NCBI RefSeq assembly: GCF_006345805.1
Contig: NC_042997.1
Coordinates: 35,960,001-36,024,000 of the forward strand
Direction of reading: 5' to 3'
Source: Octopus sinensis
Taxonomy: Eukaryota
DNA: 64,000 bases
This document shows positions 12,061-24,463 of the stretch, piece after piece. Position 1 is the first letter of the stretch; each line of letters starts with the position of its first letter. The translations under genes and the position numbers were made by a program. Under the pieces are notes generated by a model. That model searched no databases. It was not told where the DNA came from and saw only the letters and a program-made list of their open reading frames with translations.

Positions 12061-12159
12061 AATTTATATATATACATACAGGTATAAATATTTATATATA
12101 TATATATATACTCTTTTCTACTCTAGGCACATTTTTTTGCGAGGCGGGGAGGCGGACAG

Positions 12160-12312
12160 TCGATTAGATTAACTCCCGTACCCAACTGGTACTAACTTTA
12201 TCGACCCCGAACTACAAAAATCGACTTCGGTGGAATTTGAATTGAGAATGTGAAGACAGATGAAATAACGCTAAGCATTTTGCACGGCGTGCTAACATTC
12301 CAGTCAGCTTGC

Positions 12313-12316
<4 letters not shown>
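12160..12316 (-). mobile_element. Diverged family A SINE
   Basis: actggtactaactttatcgacccc...ggaatttgaa...gcattttgcacggcgtgctaac is the reverse complement of the head plus central domain. Confidence 0.75.
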
Positions 12317-12357
<41 letters not shown>

Positions 12358-13119
12358 GCACAATGATGTCAGTAAATAGGTTTCAATCTGTATAATGCTG
12401 CTTAAATTTCGAAAGCAGTTTTTATTGAAATGACATTTAAAGATTGCTTACGATTTACAAGACGAAAATGACAATAAAGATAGAAATACAGAAAGTTAGG
12501 AAGAAAGAAAGAAACGATGATGGTAGACTGATATGACAAAGAAAATCCAGTGGGGAAATGTCCAAAATCAAATAAGGAGCACAATAAAATCTTAAATGTA
12601 TTTAAAACGTATTCACGACTCTTTCAAAATTGCTTTGGCTGTAACCCGATTCGAGTATTATAAGATGAGATATTACCATGGTGTAATATAGAATTTATCG
12701 TGTTAATTAGATACTCGTATGAGACGTGGATATCAATCACAGACACGTAGACATAACTATATACATACACACTCTGTTGCAGTGTATACATTCATATAAT
12801 CCTAGAAGCGAACATGAAGGATTCTCAGTATAAAGAGGATACTTTCTGTCATTTGTCACTATTTAGAATTTATAAGGATACTTTCTTACTTTATAGTGAA
12901 GCGACAGTTATACACAGTTTTGTTTCTAGTTAAGTATGCAATGTTAGAATATAGTAGTTTTGTTTCCCATGTATATTCTGCTCTACTTATCTTGACAACC
13001 CTTCCTGAATTCAACATGCATCATAAGGAAAGGTGTCTTGTTTCATCAGTACAATGTTCCAACACACAAGTTCTGGAGATTGGGTGCCAAATTCACAGCT
13101 TAGTCTACGAAGATCACAT

Positions 13120-13252
13120 TGCCTTTCATCCTTTCGAGGTTGATTAAATAAGTACCAGTTATGCACTGGGGTCGATGTAATCGACGTAAACTCTTTGTCT
13201 GTCCTTGTTTGTCTCCTCTGTGTTTAGCCTCTTGTGGGTATTAAATAAATAG
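13120..13252 (+). mobile_element. 5'-truncated family A SINE
   Basis: ttgcctttcatcctttcgaggttgattaaataagtaccagtt...tttgtctgtccttgtttgtc...cttgtgggtattaaataaata. Confidence 0.85.
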
Positions 13253-14107
13253 GTATTGGTCTTTTATTGCCATATTTCTATATTGCCAGGAATTATGAGC
13301 TTTAGAATCCGACACTCCGTTTTCAGTCTTGCCTTAAACCCGGACACACAATGTCTTGCCTTAAACACGGACACACAGGAGGAATAGTAAAATACATCGC
13401 TACTTGGAAATATCAAGCGACATATTAAATTTTGTGTTTAAAGGATTTTCAAATATCCACTCACTAGGTTTAAGGGAAGACACAATACGCACGATACTAT
13501 CGCAGTTTACAAAGGACATTTTATAAGTACCCACACCGATTACAAGCATATAATCAAACTTACGCACACACATTTTATAAACGCCTCTGTACATCAACAA
13601 ATACATGCATGCACAGGTTTATATACTATTGACAGAATGACATACACACATATACAGTATCAAGAACATATCAAACTCGTCTGAGCACAATACAAAACAC
13701 ACACGCACCCACATAATTTCCATACATGTGAAGATCTATCAAAACAACAGACTGACAGCACCCACCTGTTTGATATTGAGATATATGTAATAATATTGCT
13801 AGCAATGAAAAGGAGAATAAATTGCAATGGCATATATGTGGATCATTTTCTCTGGATGTCGCAAAAAATTGTCAGAATGCTCACTCAAAATATACGGATT
13901 ATATATTAGTAGCCCCGGTCTGAAATGAGCTTCGTGACAGACCATCCGCATGACCAGACCTATATAGTTAAAAATAAGATTTAGATAACAGTATGAAATT
14001 AACAAATGAACATAGATGCATGAATGTATGTATGCACGCATACATTTATGTGTGTGTATGTATATACATACGCACACAAAGGTATACATACAAACACATG
14101 CATATAC

Positions 14108-14153
<46 letters not shown>

Positions 14154-14295
14154 AGGTATGTATATACGTATATATACGTTTATGTATATCTACAATGTGG
14201 TTATTATAGTAGTTTTGACTTTGAGAGTCCCTCTTAGAGTGAGGCATTTATGTATAGTACTACCCTTAATATAAATAAGATATATATATATATAT

Positions 14296-14493
14296 ACAAC
14301 TTATAAACAAGGGCAAAAGAAAATTCATTTCTATGCCAATATGCTGATACCAGATTATAAAGCTAGCTTCCTCGATTTCAGCACAACATATTTCTGTAGC
14401 GGGTATAAAATATGTGGACATTGACGATTTAAAATCTGTTATCAGCATATTGGCATAGAAATTAATTTTCTTTTGCCCTTGTTTATAAGTTGT
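14296..14493. mobile_element. ~200-bp hairpin MITE
   Basis: 14296-14349 and 14440-14493 are reverse complements with 1 mismatch over 54 bp. The arms extend ~10 bp further inward with mismatches, and the flanks are (TA)-rich. Confidence 0.75.
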
Positions 14494-16721
14494 TTATATA
14501 TTTAACCTTAAAAGGTATTTTAATATGCTGCCACATTTTTGAGGAAATTTTGTTTCTGTAAAAAAACTTCAGCCTATATTTACTAGTAGTAGTAGTAGTA
14601 TATATATATATAATATATATATATAGGAGGTCTGATCAAAAGGTATCGTCAGGGCTGGTTCAATGGAAAGGAAACTACAACAGATATCAAATCGGCATTT
14701 AGTCTCTGATATGTAAGTATATGTATGTATATATATATATATATATTGTACAGAATTTTAAGACGGCAGTGAAATTTATGGGTGACCAATTACGGGATCG
14801 ATTAAATGTCTGGCGTCAACTTGGATCGATTATATTTCCTTATATGCATACGTTTTAAACGTAAAGATTCCAAGAACGTAGACAATGAATAATGTATACT
14901 ATACATTTATTACAGTTATGCTGACCTGATACGGGAACAATTATGTATATACCGAAGCGAAATTGTACTTATATATGCGCATTAAAATAATACGTGTTCC
15001 AGCTAAAGCTCACATCCGTTTCTGTGTATGCGTTTGAATGTGCTTGTCTTTGTATATATGTTTATTTGCTTGCAAATATCTATGTGTCAATGTATATGTT
15101 CTTGATTATATGAATATGTCTATATAGCAGTATAGCTTTGTATGAATTTTTCTCATTGTGTAGGTGTATGAAACATGTACGTATGTATGCTTTGGTACAC
15201 TTCTGTCTATGTTTCCGTGTATCTATACATTCTATATAATATACCACGTAAGTTTATGCAATTGAATTCAATTTTCTAAGACGAAAGCAAATTTTGAAAT
15301 ATTTCAAACAGTAGAAAATATTAAATGTAATGGAAATAACTCAGAAATTAATCAGGAAATATTGAAAACATTTGCAATTTAAAATAGTAACTGTAACGTT
15401 AGAGAAAATATCCTAAACATGAAAGCAGTTTGTCGCTTGTTTAACCAAGAATAAAATACGGTGCATACATACGTGCACACATAAGCGTGCGATCACAAAG
15501 CACATGGACACACACATACAAACGCACACATTCAAATTTATGCATATATACACGTGTGTGTTTCGTGTGTTGTGTGTGGGAGTTTGTCTGTGTGTTCGTG
15601 TGTGTGTTTGTGTGTGTAAAACAAATCAATACTTAACCATTATGCGATATATATTTTATATATTCAAGTAAACAGATTGGAGCACAGATCACTCTAAGTT
15701 ACAGACAAAAGCCCCCAACCCCAAATTATATATTCCCAATAATATTGTTGACCCATATAAAGGTCACCTGGGCTTGACATTCATGAAGATGCAACAGTAC
15801 TTCAAGTGCATTTTCTGGTCTGCTTCCTTAAATTGCTCGGTACGGAATGGTATGCTTGATACATATAATCCAGAACAAATAATTCTTGAGCCAAAATAAA
15901 AAAAAATAAGTAGGCAAAATTTACTTAAACTCACAAAACGTAGCCTGTTAACATAAAACACTATTAACACTTATACTAATGAACTGACAACCCCAATAAG
16001 GAACACTAGAACACGAGGATCAACCCCCCATGTTGCATCCTACCAACTCCCACGTAGAAAATATTGTCAGTGCGCATTCTAACCAAAAGCGTAAGTAAAT
16101 TACTCACTCTCAAAGGGAAGTGAAAAAGAAATCAGTTGCATTCTCGAGAAAATTAACTGTAAAATTGAATTACAGAGGGGAAAGATCTTTGGAAGTGCAG
16201 CTACGCCCTAATATTTGAAGTGATATTATTGAAAATATAGTAGTCTCAAAATTTAGTCAATTGGATATCGGATATTTTTTATTTCTTTTCATCACCCCGC
16301 AATTTCCAAAGCCTTCGCCACATGATACTGTTGAACAAGGAGCTAGACAATTTGATAATGGGAAAATTACAAAATCAGTTTCACTCTGAGACGGTTTATT
16401 CTGTGCCCAAAATATTATGGTGCCAAAAAACACGGGTTTTCATTTTCTACATTTCTATGGAGTTCTCACAGGAGGTATTGCATTAGACATTGTATATTAC
16501 TGTATTCGAGATATATATAGAAATCGAAAATTTTCAATTTCAAACATACACATAACTCTTAAATGCTTCCTATAATTGCCGAATCTGACACAGTGGAAAG
16601 CGATCAAATCGAGATACAGCAATCCTAGTATAGGTTAAAACAGAGGAGTTACAGAAAAAATGAAAAATGAAATCCCGGGTTGGCTTTCTGCACATCATCA
16701 GAAAGACCGACATTATTAGAA

Positions 16722-16856
16722 GTTGTGTTCAAATTGCCTCTCATCCTATACTGATCGATAAATTAAGTACCGGTGAAATACTGAAGTCGATATAATCAAC
16801 TAGTCTCACACCCGCAAAACTTTCAGGCTTTGTGCCTATATTAGGAAGGACTATTA
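16722..16856 (+). mobile_element. Family A SINE fragment with alternative tail (type 2)
   Basis: Central domain gcctctcatcctatactgatcgataaattaagtacc, followed by caaaactttcaggctttgtgcctatattaggaaggactattatt. Confidence 0.65.
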
Positions 16857-17331
16857 TTGTTGTTGTTGTTCTTGTGGTGCATTTGTTGTTGTTGTTGTTG
16901 TCCCTGCTGCTGCGGTTGCAGTTGTTAGTTACGCAGCGACCTGAGAATATCACTAAAGTGTCGGAGGAAATGTTAAGTGCATATAGTCCGACTATACGTT
17001 CTGATATCGGAATCTGTCTAAGCTGTTTAGTTCGTCTACTGTCCATGAATTAACACTGCTCCATATCTGAGGAGTGAAACCTCCCAGTTGTCGATAGCTT
17101 CAATCTTATTCCATACGCTTAATTTCGACTTAAGGATCAGTCTCAATCTACTTAAGTACACTTTCTCCACTAATTTATCTATTTCCAAAATCCTCAATTA
17201 CTTATAGCCCGTCTCTTCTATTTGCTTCATAACCTCGTTTGTCCGTCCATACATTTGATTTTGCCTCTCTTCAATACTAACACACCACGCTTTCTCAGTC
17301 CGAGCTCCATTCTGATCTCAGCACGGAAGGT

Positions 17332-17343
17332 TTATTATTATTA

Positions 17344-17395
<52 letters not shown>

Positions 17396-17411
17396 CATTA
17401 TTATTATTGTT

Positions 17412-17461
<50 letters not shown>

Positions 17462-17519
17462 TATTATTATTATTATTAATATTATTATTATTATTATTAT
17501 TATTTGTAGTAGTAGTAGT

Positions 17520-17573
<54 letters not shown>

Positions 17574-17607
17574 AAGTAGTAGTAGTAGCAGTAGTAGTAG
17601 TATTATT
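17332..17607. repeat. Compound trinucleotide microsatellite (TTA)n(TCA)n(TTA)n(GTA)n
   Basis: Directly visible. Confidence 0.95.
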
Positions 17608-17611
17608 GTTG

Positions 17612-17812
17612 AAGGTGGTTAGCTGGCTGAATTCTTAACACGTCGGGCGAAATGCTTAGCAGTATTCCCCCGTTTCTACATATTGAGTTCAAATTCCGCC
17701 GAGGTCGACTTTGCCCTTCATCGTTTTGGAGTCGATAAACTTAGTACAAGATGAGTACTGGGGTCGATGTGCTCGACCGTCTCCATTCTCACAAAATCCA
17801 GGCCTTGTGCTT
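17612..17812 (+). mobile_element. Family A SINE, near full-length, tail type 2
   Basis: tRNA-like head, gagttcaaattccgccgaggtcgac, central domain, and tail caaaatccaggccttgtgctt(att)n. Confidence 0.8.
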
Positions 17813-17824
17813 ATTATTATTATT

Positions 17825-18377
17825 GAGTGAGAGAGCAGTTCATGCCATCAAAGTGACACTGGGGTAAAATATACGAAGCCCAGTATAACCATCATGACTA
17901 CCCGTCTGATAAAGGTACACCAGGCACATGCATCACAACCATATGTGCGCGACGTGGTGATCTCATATCAAGATAAACAGCACATGACCTTGCAGGTGGG
18001 GCCCAGTTAGAATTTTCTTCAGGTTGAGTAGCCCATCCCGCTCAAACGGTCCCTGAATAAGGGTTGTTTAAGGATGTTGAAAGAACCACCCATGTTTCCA
18101 GAGGTGAACTATTCAAACCCCAAAGAATCCCTCTCAACACATGGCTATGATGCTCCCCCACTACTTCTGCTCGTGATCAGAGATGCACATATCGTCAGCC
18201 ACTAAGGGACATGCTCAACTGGTTAAGGTCAAACAACTGACAAGCAAATCTGTGGTATTGAGCAGAATATTTGCTGTAGCCCATCTTTTATACCAAGACA
18301 AAACAATGTACATGATAACACTTCCAATCAGTTAAGATCAGAAGCCATGAGAGCCACTGCCTGGTACTGCATCAGTA

Positions 18378-18378
<1 letters not shown>
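17825..18378 (-). mobile_element. ~550-bp non-coding retroposon-like repeat embedded in (AAT)n
   Basis: A complex GC-richer block flanked on both sides by (TTA)n. The minus strand ends ctctctcactc(aat)n. I recall it as an abundant Octopus repeat (unverified). No ORF is present. Confidence 0.55.
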
Positions 18379-18379
<1 letters not shown>

Positions 18380-18444
<65 letters not shown>

Positions 18445-18480
18445 TGATATTATTATTATTATTATTATCATTATTAATGC
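18380..18480. repeat. (ATT)n microsatellite
   Basis: Directly visible. Confidence 0.95.
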
Positions 18481-19844
18481 TGTTGCTATTGTTATTAGTG
18501 TAATTATCATTATAACTATTGTAATTATTTTGGAAACATAATTGTCTTTCTGACTTTTATTCATTAGATTATATACTCAATAAACAAACTCATTTACTAT
18601 AGCCATTGGGCCTTATATTATTTGAAAAGTAGAGATGTAGGTATAAATTGTATAACTAATGTGGATGTGTATGGACAGGTAAAGAGGGGGAAGGCATTGG
18701 ATGTGGAGCATCTTGCTTCGAAGTCACAATCAATAAGTAGAGTAAAAGAGAGGCACAACGATAACAGTAAAGGAGCCGACATATAAATCGAAAGTGTATA
18801 TATGTAAGGAAGATTGTCTTGGTGACGCATGTTTGTAGAACCTATTTAAGATACAAGGATGAAGAGATTACGTAAGTATCAGTTTGGTAACCTAAAGTAT
18901 TAAGGCCTGTAATCGTGTTTTGACATCCATAAGTCACGGCCACTCGGTGACACCGAATGATATGCTAATTATTTGCTTAATTTATTTGTGTTTCTTCAAC
19001 TGCAAGGCATATTACAATGTCTTGTTATGAATATATTGCTAATGGATAACTGCTATCATATGTTGCTTATTCGAAGTTTGTGATCGCTATTGTAATAATC
19101 AATTATTATAGAGAGGAAACGAAATAATATGACGTTTCTTTTCTGTTTTCCCTATTTTTCGTGCCAGGACCTGCTTTTGTATAACGTATTATGCATAAAT
19201 TTATATTGCCTTGGATAATTGCATAAAATAGCATTTTCCTTTATTTCTACTTATTTGCTTTAAAAATTTTTTTGTGTGACTTTTGTTCAGCTATTGGGAA
19301 CAGATTCCTCCATCTGGTGGGAAATATTATCAGTGATGCAATTTTCCGATTCCATTTTTAATCCAGTTATATAGAAATTTTAGGCACCAAACGTGATATA
19401 ATAATAGAAATTAAATTATGTTATCTGCTTTTATTATGTTTATTCCTGCGTTCAATCAAATTAACCAGACATTTAAAATATTTGATAGACTTTTGAATGC
19501 GTTGGCATGTGTGCGAATCTTTGTGAACAAGAGAACTATATGAGTGTCTGTACGTCACATTAGGCATGCGTATGCACGTGCGTATGTGCGTATATGTATA
19601 TTTTTGTGAGTGTACATGGGAATAAATATGTGTGTGCATGTGTTTGTAAATGTAGGTGTGTATAAGCGCGGGCGTGAAGATGTGCACACGTAAATGTGTG
19701 TTTACATTTATTTCTAGTTATATATTGTTGTTGATGTTTATATTTGTTTTAGAAGCATTTTAATCTTGCATACACACATATAGAAAAATATATGTATGTA
19801 TATGCATGTATATGTTTTTAAATGGATATATATGTAAATATATG

Positions 19845-19882
<38 letters not shown>

Positions 19883-19897
19883 TATACATATGTATAC

Positions 19898-19961
<64 letters not shown>

Positions 19962-21639
19962 GCGCGTGCACACACAAACACACACAGATATGTGGGTGAA
20001 GGAGAAGAGGGGAGAGAGGCATATTCCTCATTGCAAGTACATGTGTATATGTTTGGGTCATTGTTTATCCAACGTTAACAATAGCTTGTAAGGTTATGTC
20101 CACAGATTCTTTCACAATTAAAATTTTTGTACGAAGTATCTTCTAATTTGTGAGAAGTGCAGAGCCAGATTATTGATAATCCGCATTTTCTGCGGATGTT
20201 ACCGTTACCTTAAGTAATGCCATTTTGCAGTATGCGGGGAATGTGCCTATATTAGTAGAAAAATTGATCGTTTCTCTTCTGGTAATAGTCATCATTTTAG
20301 CTAGCAATGTATTTGTAACGAACATAATGTTCAAGAACATGGCGATATTAAACGGATAAGAAGATGATGTTTTTAAGTAATGCCACTTCTTAACGTAATG
20401 TTGAAAACATGAACCATCAACTTGCAGAATAATGTGTAGCTGAAAAACAAGTAGCGAAGAAAGAACAAAATTGAAGATAGCAGTGAATAATAAAATAAAG
20501 AACTACATGTATCCTACAAAACTCATTTTTACTTGTTATGTTATTTCCTCTTTAATTATTATTTATTTTATATTTTTAGTGCCATATCAAATGAACGTGC
20601 GATTAAGGAGCCACTTTCGCTGTCATTAAGACGCTTGAGTATCTGACATATAAGAATGCTTATCTACTTGACTTTGCAGATAAATTCATAACTATATGAA
20701 GAAGTGTTGACAGATAGTGGAAGCTAATAGTTGAAGCAATATGATGGTGGTTAATTGCGAAAGGAATAGTATATAATTTTCCTACTTTAAGGTTAGCATT
20801 TTTTTTTTCTGAAAAAATGGAACATTAGTATCTCAGCTGTGTTCATTTTTATTCAAACACTTGCAAGGCATATTTTGTAGATTAATATTTATATAAAATA
20901 TTCAAATGTCATTACGGTCAGTTATGGAAAAGGTAAATGGTCATGTATATTACAAAAATGAGTCATTTTCTAACCTCATGAATGAGAATCATTGGGGAAG
21001 CTCTTGTTTTGACAACGCTAGATGTTGAAAAGATTACTCATAGACCAACATGTTCTTCTGCAACCTCGAATAAATTTGATGTCGTTTATATCATCGCAAT
21101 GACACTTGACATTAATAACATAATTGCAAAAAGGCTCGGTGGAAAAAGCCTTCTTTCTCTGCGTATCAAGGTGAGGCCAAATGCGTTTTCTCAACTTGTT
21201 AGATCTATGAGGAAAATCTCAGTCATATGCCATCCTTAGTTAAGCACAGACAACTTCATACATACACAAATGCACACAGACACATACTGACACATATAAA
21301 ATCACACTCAAACACACATATTGTCTCTTACTTATACCAAACAACTGGCTGTGCTGGGACAACGCCATTAAATATATTAATACATAAGCATTCTTTAATA
21401 ACACATCGTATGTTGTAAAGCTTGAAAATATTAATTTATTTTAATTGGGCAAATGCCATAAAATTTGTCACATGCAAATTATGTGCTGTGTAGATAAGCA
21501 AATATTTAAAATGCTCCTCGCTAATATTCAGTACGTATTGCCGTAATACTATACTATATTTAAGAACTACACACACGTATTATACACACGTATAAACGAA
21601 AATTCACAAACACGTATGTATGTGTGTATAGATCGGTAG

Positions 21640-21822
21640 ACACTACACACATCTTGTTTCTCTCCTTGTTTCTCTCCTTGTTTTTTTTCTCTGTCTCTTT
21701 CTGTAGAAGAGCGTAGGCTCGAAAGGTAAAAGACATTTTCAATTCCTGAGCGTTATACTAATACATCTGTTTGTTTTATACACCACCTGTCTTCATCTTT
21801 AGTTTTCTTTGTGCACTCTCCC
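21640..21822 (+). mobile_element. PLE 3'-terminal repeat (family P1) with HHR-like motif
   Basis: ctgtagaagagcgtaggctcgaaaggtaaaagac...ttcctgagcg...caccacctgtcttc, followed by (TA)n. It is homologous to the terminus of the GIY-YIG-bearing copy at 35239-35951. Confidence 0.7.
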
Positions 21823-21837
21823 TATAGATATATATAC

Positions 21838-21931
<94 letters not shown>

Positions 21932-22143
21932 TATAGTTGTGTGTGTATGTGTGTGGAAATGTCTGTGTTTGTGTGTGTATACATTTATATATAAAGTCTT
22001 GGGGGATATTAACTGTATTTAATTCAATTAGGGAAGATCTAGCATATGCGATTAATTATTTCAGGACATTTATTAAAGATGCACAAGCGTTTTGATAGAC
22101 ATTTCAGTATTATAATTTCCTTACTTTAGACATATTAAAAAAA

Positions 22144-22214
<71 letters not shown>

Positions 22215-23029
22215 GGAATAAATCCAAACTTACAGGGAAAAATGAGATTTAGGATTAAATCCAATTTTATAGTATAAATATATTTATTTTTATATTTTTA
22301 AATTAATTTTTTGTATTGGTTTATGTTTTTCACTGTTTGATTTGCCAAATAGTGGTTTTATCTCTAACTTAATATAATATAAAATAATATATATATATAT
22401 GTATATATATATACATGCATACATATATATGTGTGTGCGCATGTATACATGTGTGTGTATGCATGCATGTATGTATCTATAACCATCCGCATTCGCGTGA
22501 ATCTGCGTGTGTATGCGGAGGGAGAAGACTATTTGTTCGTCGGAGATATAATTAATAATAGCGTTAGCGAAGCTAATCTCTTAGATTTTTCTGGAATTAC
22601 TTATTTGTTTGCTTTATCATGCAACAGAGTACGGTCCGGTGCTGTTTCGTGGTCTAATGCATAATGTCGACTGCTGGGATTTTCATGTAAATGAACGGTC
22701 AACGGGAGAGAAATTATACGTTCTATTATGTAATTTCAGTTATAAAATTAATGATGAAATCACAATATGCATTAATAATGAGTGTTATATTTTCCTTATT
22801 ATAATTAGAGTTAGCTATATTATAAAAAGCACTTATACGATACACAACATCTGCACATTTGCTAAGGTATGAATGATGATATTACACACCTACAACCTAA
22901 ATTGAACAAGTTGATTACCAATCACATAAAACATATATGTTTCGGATTCATTGACGGCATATATACTTATAAAACATCTTAAACGAAACAGAATCATTTC
23001 CCACTGTACATCGAATGTATATATATATA

Positions 23030-23260
23030 TATTTCTTTACTACCCACAAGGGGCTAAACATAGAAGGGACAAACAAGGACAGACAAAGGGATTAAGTCGA
23101 TTACGTCGACCCAATGCATAACTGGTACTTAATTTATCGACCCCGAAAGGATGAAAGGCAAAGTCGACCTCGGCGGAATTTGAACTCGGAACGTAGCGGC
23201 AGACGAAATACGGCTACGCATTTCGCCCGGCGCGCTAACGTTTCTGCCAGCTCGCCGCCT
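23030..23260 (-). mobile_element. Full-length family A SINE
   Basis: Near-exact reverse complement of 3817-4047. Confidence 0.9.
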
Positions 23261-23474
23261 GCATATATATAAGTATATGCAAACATAAGTGTGTGTATGT
23301 GTACTCGTCTGCATAGATGTCTATGTACGTAGATATCTAGCATTATTCTTTTGTAAATTTTGCATTAACTTTTAGAACAAAATACACGATGGAAGCTCCC
23401 GTCGAAGATAATATATCGATGCTTTATTTTTCCTAGAACGACCTGCTCAAATGCTGTGTTTATAGTGATCAAAG

Positions 23475-23665
23475 CATGCTGTTCATTAGCTCACTCCAAT
23501 CATCAAATCGACATGCGTGCACCATGTATCAGCTGTTGAAGTGATCACAGAGCCACATGAGATTAAGTGTTTTTTCTCAAGAAGATGATATATCACACGT
23601 TCAAGTAATTGAAACCATGATCCCGTGATCTTGAGTTCAACACCTTAACAACTACGCCATGTGTC
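23475..23665 (-). mobile_element. Degenerate tRNA-derived SINE (third family)
   Basis: The reverse complement begins tggcgtagttgttaagg (A-box-like), then ggtttcaattac (degenerate B-box), then cttgagaaaaaacacttaatctc (CORE-like). Confidence 0.5.
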
Positions 23666-23711
23666 ACACACACACGCACGCGCACGCACACAGACACACA
23701 CATACATATAC

Positions 23712-24110
23712 CTTTTATTCTTTTATTCCCTTATTGCTTTAAATATTTCAGTCATTTGAGTGCAGTGCACTAAAATTAAGGGTTTTAGTCCAACGAATCG
23801 ACTCGAGAACTTACCTTAAAGCCTAGTCCTTATTCTACTTATTCTAGCGATTTCTTTTGCCAAACCATTAATTTACGGAGTCGTTATATCAGCAACTCCG
23901 TTTATCAAACTGTGATAAACGGTGGGGAGCAAATACAGACAGAAATACATACACACACACACATAAAAAAAAAAAATATATATATATATACGGCAGGCTT
24001 CTTTCAGTTTCTGTTTATCATATCCACTCACAAGGTTTTGGTTGCCCCAAAGCTACAGAAGAACACATTTGCCCAAGGTGCCATACAGAAGGACTCAACC
24101 CAGAAACACG
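23712..24110 (-). mobile_element. Family B SINE, diverged, head-to-head with the next copy
   Basis: Reverse complement of the 3' module, internal microsatellite and CORE part (ttgcccaaggtgcca). Confidence 0.7.
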
Positions 24111-24395
24111 CTTCCAAACCACATGGTTCCAGCTTCAGTTCCCATGCGTTGCACCTTGGACAAATATCTTCCATTATAGCCTCGGTCGAGCCAAAGCCTA
24201 GTGAGTGAATAGATGGAAATAGAAAGAAACGCTTTGTGTGTTTTTGTGTGTGTGTGTGTGTGTGTGCTTGTGTGTATGAGTGTTTGTCTTTGCGTCTGTA
24301 TTTGCTCCCCACCGCCGCTTAACAACCGATGTTCATTTGCTTACGCCCCAGTAACGTAGTGTTACGGAAAAAGAGTGTGATAGAATAGGTACTAG
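24111..24395 (+). mobile_element. Family B SINE, diverged
   Basis: accacatggttccagcttcagttccc...gcaccttggacaaat..., then a (TG)n tract, then cgcttaacaaccgatg...gatagaataggtactagg. Confidence 0.7.
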
Positions 24396-24400
24396 GATTT

Positions 24401-24463
24401 CAGTATTTCGTCTGCCGCTACGTTCTGAGTTCCAATTCCGCCGAGGTTGACTTTGCCTTTCAT
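24401..24463 (+). mobile_element. Family A SINE internal fragment
   Basis: gtatttcgtctgccgctacgttctgagttccaattccgccgaggttgactttgcctt. Confidence 0.75.

Noticed and set aside
13326-13377. 27-bp-period tandem duplication (similar small duplications at ~44755, ~46916-47006 and ~55882)
   Set aside because: Two-copy local slippage events without spacers; not CRISPR-like or otherwise informative.
13885-13959. Minus-strand candidate 75-nt exon; another frame gives HADGLSR (Gypsy RNase H-like)
   Set aside because: Two mutually exclusive weak readings, neither supported by flanking sequence.
16176-16241. RGKIFGSAATPLIFEVILLKI*, resembling an FKBP C-terminus (ATLIFEVELLK)
   Set aside because: Short match needing a 2-residue gap, with a weak acceptor and no other FKBP exons found; probably chance.
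18300-18378. Faint resemblance of the 550-bp element end to U2 snRNA segments
   Set aside because: Only short, non-collinear word matches; no branch-site recognition sequence or Sm site was found.
17222-18564. Poly-Y/H/S/I/L ORFs (also 52894-53272) and the many YI/VC/RE ORFs elsewhere
   Set aside because: These are translations of tri- and dinucleotide microsatellites.
21022-21170. Candidate exon with donor GTGAGG within the 85-aa ORF
   Set aside because: The peptide is unrecognised and the splice signals are within chance expectation.
22628-22700. EYGPVLFRGL, resembling TauD/TfdA-family dioxygenases
   Set aside because: Ten-residue resemblance only, with no good donor and no HxD motif exon found.
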